A stretch of 32,000 nucleotides of DNA, taken from the NCBI RefSeq assembly GCF_000406145.1, contig NZ_CM001976.1:4487445-4519444 (forward strand). Direction: 5' to 3'. The stretch is from Dickeya dadantii NCPPB 898. Lineage in GTDB: Bacteria > Pseudomonadota > Gammaproteobacteria > Enterobacterales > Enterobacteriaceae. Shown here one piece after another: positions 26,658-32,000 of this stretch. The notes under the pieces were generated by a model. That model had not been told where the DNA came from. It made no database searches and saw nothing but the letters and a program-made list of their open reading frames with translations. Made by a program: the position numbers and the translations under genes. Each line of letters starts with the position of its first letter. Position 1 is the stretch's first letter.

Positions 26658-27872
26658 TTAACCGGCCGCGTGCGACATTGTGTTTTTTATCACCCACTTT
26701 CGCTCGGAAAACGCCGCCAGCACGGCAATCATGATCGCCACCACACCCGCTACCATCGCCATAGCCAGCGCATAGTTATGGTTGTGGGCTTCGGCAATGC
26801 TCGCCTGCAACGTGGCATTAACCGATGCGATCAGGTTGCCGAGCTGGTAGACAAAACCGGGGAGCACCGCTCGCGTGTTGCTCGGTACCAGTTCATTCAG
26901 GAAGGTCGGAATCACGCCCCAGGCGCCCTGTACCATGAACTGCATCAAAAACGCGCCCAACCCCAGCGCCCAGGGGCCGTGCGAGAATGCCCACAGTGGG
27001 ATCACCGGCAAGGCCAACAACGCGGCCGCGATAATGGCTTTCTTCCGGCCAATGCGTTCTGACAGCGTACCGAAAAAGATACCGCCGATGATCGAGGCAA
27101 TATTATAGCTAATGGCGATTATACTGACGGTTTTCGCATCAAAACCGTGCTGGATTTTTAGAAATGCCGGATACAGGTCCTGCGTGCCGTGGCTGAAGAA
27201 ATTGAACGACGCCATCAGTACCACCAGATAAAGACAGAGTTTCCAGTGCGTCTTTAACACCGGCAATAGCGCAGTGCTTTCCTTGCGTACCCGGGCGGCC
27301 AGCCATACCGGCGACTCCTCCACACAAAAATAAATAAACGGCAACAGCAAAATAGGCACCGCGCCGATGATAAACATGCCGCGCCAGCCGATCTGATCAA
27401 ACAACAATCCGTAAACTACCGCAGCCAGCAAATAACCAAACGGATATCCGGCCTGAAAAATACCTGACATCAACCCACGGGAGCGGTCTGGAATGGTTTC
27501 CATCGCCAGTGAGGACGCAACACCCCAGATTCCCCCCATCGCCACGCCATACAACACTCTCAACAGCAGGAACACCATAATATTCGGCGCTGCGGCGGAT
27601 AACAGCTCAAACACCGAGAACAGCACGATGTTCAACATCAAAATCGGCTTGCGGCCAAACTTCTCCGCCAGCCGCCCCAACAGCAGCGCGCCGATGGGGC
27701 GAACGGCCAGCGTCAGCAGAATAGCCAGCGTCACCTGTTCCATGCTGACGGAAAATGCATGGGCGAGTTCGCTAAGCAGAAAAACCAGAATGAAGAAATC
27801 AAATGCATCCAGCGCCCAGCTTAAAAAGCTGGCAATCGCTGCATTACGTTGCAGGGAAGTCCAACCAAGCAT
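26658..27872 (-). CDS. MFS transporter (NanT/YjhB-like anion:cation symporter subfamily, substrate unknown)
   Basis: 404 aa with about 12 hydrophobic segments. It has the MFS loop 2-3 motif GRLAEKFGRKP and an N-terminus (W..LDAFDFFILVF) resembling NanT-like transporters. AGGAT RBS. Confidence 0.8.
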   Translation of the reverse strand: MLGWTSLQRNAAIASFLSWALDAFDFFILVFLLSELAHAFSVSMEQVTLAILLTLAVRPIGALLLGRLAEKFGRKPILMLNIVLFSVFELLSAAAPNIMVFLLLRVLYGVAMGGIWGVASSLAMETIPDRSRGLMSGIFQAGYPFGYLLAAVVYGLLFDQIGWRGMFIIGAVPILLLPFIYFCVEESPVWLAARVRKESTALLPVLKTHWKLCLYLVVLMASFNFFSHGTQDLYPAFLKIQHGFDAKTVSIIAISYNIASIIGGIFFGTLSERIGRKKAIIAAALLALPVIPLWAFSHGPWALGLGAFLMQFMVQGAWGVIPTFLNELVPSNTRAVLPGFVYQLGNLIASVNATLQASIAEAHNHNYALAMAMVAGVVAIMIAVLAAFSERKWVIKNTMSHAAG

Positions 27873-28216
27873 AATTTTTATCCTGATAGTGAGACAGCTT
27901 CACGTCATTAACAGGCTGAACGGCAAACGGCGCCGCAGTCGGTGAGGCGATGTGAAAATCGCAGATGATATTTTAAATATTTGTTAAATACGCCTATCGC
28001 GACCATCAGGCAATGCTGTGATCGGTATGAATCTGTTGCGAACACGGCCACCTTGTAACTTTTTATTAACAACGACAGGAAGCATGCACACAATTTTATG
28101 AATCCCGCCTGAAAGAGCAGATTGTTTTATGGCAACGCTTCGCAAAATGGTCATAACCACGATGTCACAAAACGGCCGGACCGGCATGATGCCCTCCTCA
28201 CAGGGAGGAACGAGCA

Positions 28217-29764
28217 ATGACACTGGCTGTGACCTACACGCGGGCCACTATCGGTATGCAGGCGCCGGAAGTTTCAATTGAAGTGCATATCAGTAATGGC
28301 TTACCTGCACTGACGCTGGTTGGTTTACCGGAAACCACGGTCAAAGAAGCGCGAGATCGGGTGCGCAGCGCCCTGATCAACTGCGGCTTCACCTTTCCCG
28401 CCAAGCGGATTACCGTCAACCTGGCGCCGGCGGACCTGCCGAAAGAAGGAGGACGATATGACCTCCCCATCGCTCTGGCCATTCTGGCGGCCTCAGAACA
28501 GATTGCCGGCGAGAAACTGGCTCAGTATGAGTTTCTGGGCGAACTCGGGTTGTCAGGCAGCCTGAGAGGCGTTCATGGCGCTATTCCGGCGGCAATGGAA
28601 GCGCACAAGGCAGGTCGGGGGCTGATTCTGCCGGAAGACAACAAAATGGAAATCACTCTGGTCCCCCACGGCGATACGTTACTGGCTAATCATCTGCTGC
28701 AGGTTTGTGCTTTTCTGCAGGGTGAAACGCCACTGCTGCGCGGCAACGATATTACACCTGAAACACCAGCTCATACGCCGACAGCAGACCTGAAGGACAT
28801 CATCGGCCAGGAGCAAGCTAAACGCGCGCTGGAAATTGCGGCAGCAGGAGGACACAACCTGCTATTGCTGGGTCCGCCTGGCACCGGCAAAACCATGCTG
28901 GCCAGCCGTCTGCCCGGTTTGTTGCCGCCGCTTGATGACGAGGAAGCGCTGGAAAGTGCCGCCATCAACAGCCTGATAGATATTCAGCCCAGCCTGTCGC
29001 AATGGCGTAACCGGCCATTCCGTTCGCCTCACCACACCGCATCCATTACTGCGCTGGTCGGCGGCGGTGCACTGCCCAAACCTGGCGAAATCTCGCTGGC
29101 GCATAATGGTGTGCTGTTTCTGGATGAATTGCCGGAATTTGAACGCCGGGTACTGGACTCACTGCGGGAGCCGCTGGAATCAGGAGAAATCGTGATTTCC
29201 CGTACTCGCGCCAAGGTCTGTTATCCCGCGCGTTTTCAGTTGGTGGCCGCAATGAATCCAAGTCCATCGGGTCACTATCAGGGTATCCACAACCGTATGC
29301 CGGCACAGCAAATCCTACGCTACCTCAACCGGCTCTCCGGCCCCTTTCTGGATCGTTTTGATTTATCCATTGAGGTGCCATTGCTACCTCCCGGTATCCT
29401 TCGCCAGCAAACACGCATTGGCGAGGACAGCGCCACAGTACGGGAACGGGTATTTGAAGCCAGAAAACGGCAGTTAGCCCGTATCGGCAGAATCAACGCG
29501 CAAATGAAATCGGATGATATCGCCTGTCACTGCCGGTTGAAGGGCGAGGACGCGGCATATCTGGAAGAGGTGATGAGCAAATTAGGGCTGTCGGTCAGAG
29601 CCTGGCACCGGATACTGAAAGTCTCGCGTACAATCGCCGACCTGGGAGGAGAAGATCAGATTCATCGTACTCATTTGTCGGAAGCGCTCAGCTATCGTTG
29701 TATGGATCGCCTGCTAATTCAGCTGCACAAGAGTCTGGCACGAACCCAATCCTGCATCAGTTAA
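28217..29764 (+). CDS. comM: Mg-chelatase-like AAA+ protein ComM/YifB
   Basis: 515 aa. ..VGLPETTVKEARDRVRSALINCGF..KRITVNLAPADLPKEGGRYDLPIALAILAASEQ.., Walker A GPPGTGKTM, and ..LAHNGVLFLDELPEF.. are collinear with E. coli YifB. GGAGG RBS. Confidence 0.95.
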   Translation: MTLAVTYTRATIGMQAPEVSIEVHISNGLPALTLVGLPETTVKEARDRVRSALINCGFTFPAKRITVNLAPADLPKEGGRYDLPIALAILAASEQIAGEKLAQYEFLGELGLSGSLRGVHGAIPAAMEAHKAGRGLILPEDNKMEITLVPHGDTLLANHLLQVCAFLQGETPLLRGNDITPETPAHTPTADLKDIIGQEQAKRALEIAAAGGHNLLLLGPPGTGKTMLASRLPGLLPPLDDEEALESAAINSLIDIQPSLSQWRNRPFRSPHHTASITALVGGGALPKPGEISLAHNGVLFLDELPEFERRVLDSLREPLESGEIVISRTRAKVCYPARFQLVAAMNPSPSGHYQGIHNRMPAQQILRYLNRLSGPFLDRFDLSIEVPLLPPGILRQQTRIGEDSATVRERVFEARKRQLARIGRINAQMKSDDIACHCRLKGEDAAYLEEVMSKLGLSVRAWHRILKVSRTIADLGGEDQIHRTHLSEALSYRCMDRLLIQLHKSLARTQSCIS

Positions 29765-29781
29765 TCAACAGCGGAAATGAA

Positions 29782-29801
29782 AATGGGGCCGAGGCCCCAT
29801 T
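29782..29801. terminator. hairpin between convergent comM and maoP
   Basis: AATGGGGCC-GA-GGCCCCATT inverted repeat. No clear T-run on either side. Confidence 0.45.
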
Positions 29802-29805
29802 AAGA

Positions 29806-30144
29806 TTAATCATCGCTTTCCGTGTACTCTTCCACGGTGTCCATTTGCGGCTTGCCGCCAGACAGCGTATGGAAACGTTTAGGACGACGAATACGGCTGA
29901 CGTACTTCGCCCAGATTTTTTCCAATTCGGTCTGTGCTGCGCGCTCACCGCGGCATACAGCAACAAACTGGGTTTCTTCCTCTGTCACCGGATGACGTTT
30001 GCCCGAATCAAGTTCGTTAAATGCCTGTCCATGACGTTCCAGCAGTTGGGCCTCTTTAATCGTAAAGTCACCATGCCGGGAAAAGCCACGTGGATAGAAT
30101 TTGTTATCAAAAAAACGACTGGTTGTTGAGAAGCTTTCCGCCAT
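29806..30144 (-). CDS. maoP: macrodomain Ori protein MaoP (YifE, UPF0438)
   Basis: [60 protein letters not shown].. is near-identical to the 112-aa E. coli YifE. Confidence 0.92.
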   Translation of the reverse strand: MAESFSTTSRFFDNKFYPRGFSRHGDFTIKEAQLLERHGQAFNELDSGKRHPVTEEETQFVAVCRGERAAQTELEKIWAKYVSRIRRPKRFHTLSGGKPQMDTVEEYTESDD

Positions 30145-30181
30145 CTTACACGCTCCTAATTCTCATATGGTCGTGCCGTTT

Positions 30182-30198
30182 ATGGCGCGGAGTATTAG
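30182..30198. promoter_or_regulatory. maoS: maoS-like 17-bp site (CTAATACTCCGCGCCAT on the minus strand)
   Basis: ATGGCGCGGAGTATTAG lies in the maoP-hdfR intergenic region. Its reverse complement equals the E. coli maoS sequence as I remember it, at the same relative location. Confidence 0.55.
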
Positions 30199-30263
30199 AT
30201 AGGCTTGACTTCCTGTAAAACAAAACATTTAAATCATGACGATAAAAATTTTTGGAGGAAAGC

Positions 30264-31088
30264 ATGGATACCGACTTACTAAAAACCTTTCTGGAAGTCA
30301 GCCGGACAAGACACTTCGGCCGGGCAGCTGAATCATTGTATCTAACGCAGTCAGCGGTGAGCTTTCGTATCAGGCAGCTTGAAAATCAACTGGGTGCCAA
30401 TTTGTTCACCCGGCACCGTAACAATATTCGCCTGACACCCGCCGGCGAACGTCTACTGCCCTATGCAGAAAGCCTGATCGGCACCTGGCAAATAGCCAAG
30501 AAAGAGGTCGCTCGCTCTCAACAGCACAGCCAGCTTTCCATTGGCGCCACGGCTTCGCTCTGGGAAGCGTTCCTGACGCCCTGGTTGAATGAACTCTATC
30601 AACAACGCCCACTGCTGCAGTTGGAGGCAAGAATCGCACAGCGACAAACGTTGATTAAGCAACTCCATGAACGTCAGTTAGATTTACTGATTACTACCGA
30701 ATCACCGAAGATGGACGAGCTTTCCTGTCAGTTATTGGGCAATTTTTCTTTATCTCTGTTCACTACCGATAATACATCAGCAGAGGAACGCCCCTATATC
30801 AGGCTGGAATGGGGGGCGGATTTTCATCAGTATGAAAACCACTGGCTACCCGGTGATCAAGTACCGTCACTCACCACGTCTTCCGCACACTTGACGCGGC
30901 AATTGATGTCAACCATTGGTGGATGTGCATTCCTACCCAGCGACTGGTCACTGCACTATCCTGAGTTACACCCGATTCCTGAGGCTAATATCGTGGTTCG
31001 CCCCTGCTATGCTGTCTGGCTTGGAAACAGCGATCAACAGGAACTGATTAAACAGTTACTAAAAACCCCACTGAACATAGCTTCTTAA
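30264..31088 (+). CDS. hdfR: LysR-family regulator HdfR (YifA)
   Basis: [62 protein letters not shown].. matches E. coli HdfR. GGAGG lies 5 nt before the ATG at 30264. The tracked start at 30252 is a TTG. Confidence 0.92.
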   Translation: MDTDLLKTFLEVSRTRHFGRAAESLYLTQSAVSFRIRQLENQLGANLFTRHRNNIRLTPAGERLLPYAESLIGTWQIAKKEVARSQQHSQLSIGATASLWEAFLTPWLNELYQQRPLLQLEARIAQRQTLIKQLHERQLDLLITTESPKMDELSCQLLGNFSLSLFTTDNTSAEERPYIRLEWGADFHQYENHWLPGDQVPSLTTSSAHLTRQLMSTIGGCAFLPSDWSLHYPELHPIPEANIVVRPCYAVWLGNSDQQELIKQLLKTPLNIAS

Positions 31089-31378
31089 ACCACTATTGAT
31101 GCACTATGCGATCTTGCCTGAAAGTCCAATGGGCTTTCGGAAGATCGATAGATCGCATTCGCCAGCCTTTATTCTTCGCAAATATACCTGTCAGTGAAGA
31201 GCTGCTACACACTTCAGATCGTATTAAGACATGCACCATTATGAAGGATGGCAATGGTTCTATATGACTGTGTAGACCCCTCTGCCAGATACATTTTCTC
31301 GTCGCACAAATAGGCGCAAAAACCCATGATCAGCTTGCTTGTAAAAAGGGGAAAAAATGAAATGAAAGCTAACAGACG

Positions 31379-31418
31379 AAAAAAAACCCTTCACGCTATC
31401 GTGTAAGGGTTTTTTTTT
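31379..31418. terminator. bidirectional terminator at the distal end of the rRNA operon
   Basis: A8-CCCTTCAC-GCTATC-GTGTAAGGG-T9. The hairpin is flanked by an A-run and a T-run, immediately downstream (minus strand) of tRNA-Trp. Confidence 0.8.
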
Positions 31419-31422
31419 GGTT

Positions 31423-31498
31423 TGGCAGGGGCGGAGAGGCTCGAACTCCCAACACCCGGTTTTGGAGACCGGTGCTCTACCAATTGAACTACGCCCCT
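31423..31498 (-). tRNA. trpT: tRNA-Trp (anticodon CCA)
   Basis: The reverse complement AGGGGCGTAGTTCAATTGGTAGAGCACCGGTCTCCAAAACCGGGTGTTGGGAGTTCGAGCCTCTCCGCCCCTGCCA is 76 nt. It has a cloverleaf, an encoded CCA end, and is near-identical to E. coli tRNA-Trp. Confidence 0.97.
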
Positions 31499-31506
31499 AA
31501 ATAGGG

Positions 31507-31583
31507 TGGCGGTGCGGACGGGACTCGAACCCGCGACCCCCGGCGTGACAGGCCGGTATTCTAACCGACTGAACTACCGCACC
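31507..31583 (-). tRNA. aspT: tRNA-Asp (anticodon GUC)
   Basis: The reverse complement GGTGCGGTAGTTCAGTCGGTTAGAATACCGGCCTGTCACGCCGGGGGTCGCGGGTTCGAGTCCCGTCCGCACCGCCA is 77 nt. The anticodon loop is CTGTCAC. Confidence 0.97.
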
Positions 31584-31647
31584 ACCGATTCTGTACGTTA
31601 TCAGAGGAGTCAATCCGATAACCGGTGTCTTATTACACCCTAATTTG

Positions 31648-31767
31648 ATGCCTGGCAGTTCCCTACTCTCGCATGGGGAGACCCCACACTACCATCGGCG
31701 CTACGGCGTTTCACTTCTGAGTTCGGCATGGGGTCAGGTGGGACCACCGCGCTGTCGCCGCCAGGCA
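31648..31767 (-). rRNA. rrf: 5S ribosomal RNA
   Basis: 120 nt. The reverse complement begins TGCCTGGCGGC and ends ..GGGAACTGCCAGGCAT, near-identical to E. coli 5S rRNA. Confidence 0.97.
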
Positions 31768-31872
31768 AATTCTTTTCATCCCCGCCGTCACACCATCCGT
31801 GCAACCACAGGAACCAATCCCCGAACAAGCCAAATACCGTCGTCTCTCTCACCAAAACACCTTCGGTGTTGT

Positions 31873-32000
31873 AAGGTTAAGCCTCTCGGGTCATTAGTAC
31901 TGGTTAGCTCAACGTATCGCTACGCTTACACACCCAGCCTATCAACGTCTTCGTCTTAAACGTCCCTTCAGGGGCCTCAAGGGCCCAGGGAAGACTCATC
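31873..32000 (-). rRNA. rrl: 23S ribosomal RNA, 3' end (continues beyond the window)
   Basis: AAGGTTAAGCCTC..GGTCATTAGTAC.GGTTAGCTCAACG.ATCGCT.CGCTTACACACCC is the reverse complement of the conserved enterobacterial 23S 3' terminus. Confidence 0.9.

Noticed and set aside
28129-28280. ORF of about 50 codons (MATLRKMVITTMSQNGRTGMMPSS...) overlapping the comM start in another frame
   Set aside because: It has no RBS, overlaps the well-supported comM start, and has no recognisable features, so it is probably fortuitous.
31089-31378. 290-bp AT-rich gap between hdfR and the rrn terminator, including a 37-codon minus-strand ORF (MGFCAYLCDEKMYLAEG...)
   Set aside because: The ORF has no RBS. I saw no hairpin or promoter pair suggesting an sRNA. 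I cannot support any feature here from sequence alone.
31640-31959. ORFs of 71 and 104 aa overlapping the 5S rRNA, the spacer and the 23S 3' end
   Set aside because: They lie inside rRNA genes identified by near-identity to E. coli rrf/rrl, so they are not coding.

Overview
This is an enterobacterial chromosome segment, probably a soft-rot Pectobacteriaceae such as Dickeya, judged from the pectinase content. The backbone is collinear with the E. coli K-12 rrnC-ilv-rep-gppA region, in inverted orientation. The order is gppA(3' end), rep, ppiC, ilvC, ilvY, ilvA-D-E-M-G, ilvX-like ORF, ilvL, comM(yifB), maoP(yifE), maoS, hdfR, tRNA-Trp, tRNA-Asp, 5S rRNA and the 23S rRNA 3' end. Four intergenic junctions of this backbone carry genes that K-12 lacks at those positions. 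(1) Three tandem GH28 exo-polygalacturonase paralogs (pehV/pehW/pehX-like) lie between gppA and rep. (2) putA-putP plus an orphan small membrane-protein gene lie between ppiC and ilvC. (3) A DUF1311-like lipoprotein gene and a convergent DUF2461-like gene lie between ilvY and ilvA. (4) An MFS transporter gene lies between comM and the ilv leader. None of these has transposase, integrase or terminal repeats. I do not see a convincing novel multi-gene system such as a defence island, toxin-antitoxin pair, CRISPR array or mobile element. The strongest sequence-level observations concern the peh array. Each spacer holds a decayed copy of the gppA 3' end plus its terminator hairpin. pehW is a mosaic with two visible breakpoints, including a 345-bp tract repeated at an exact 2200-bp offset with 10 mismatches. 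Other points are two unrelated 16-bp tandem arrays (5 copies after putP, and 3 copies made from the ilvA stop-codon end) and accessory genes placed directly behind ilv terminators. There is also a 17-bp match to maoS and an ilvX-like 16-codon ORF. Most long ORFs opposite the known genes are shadow frames.
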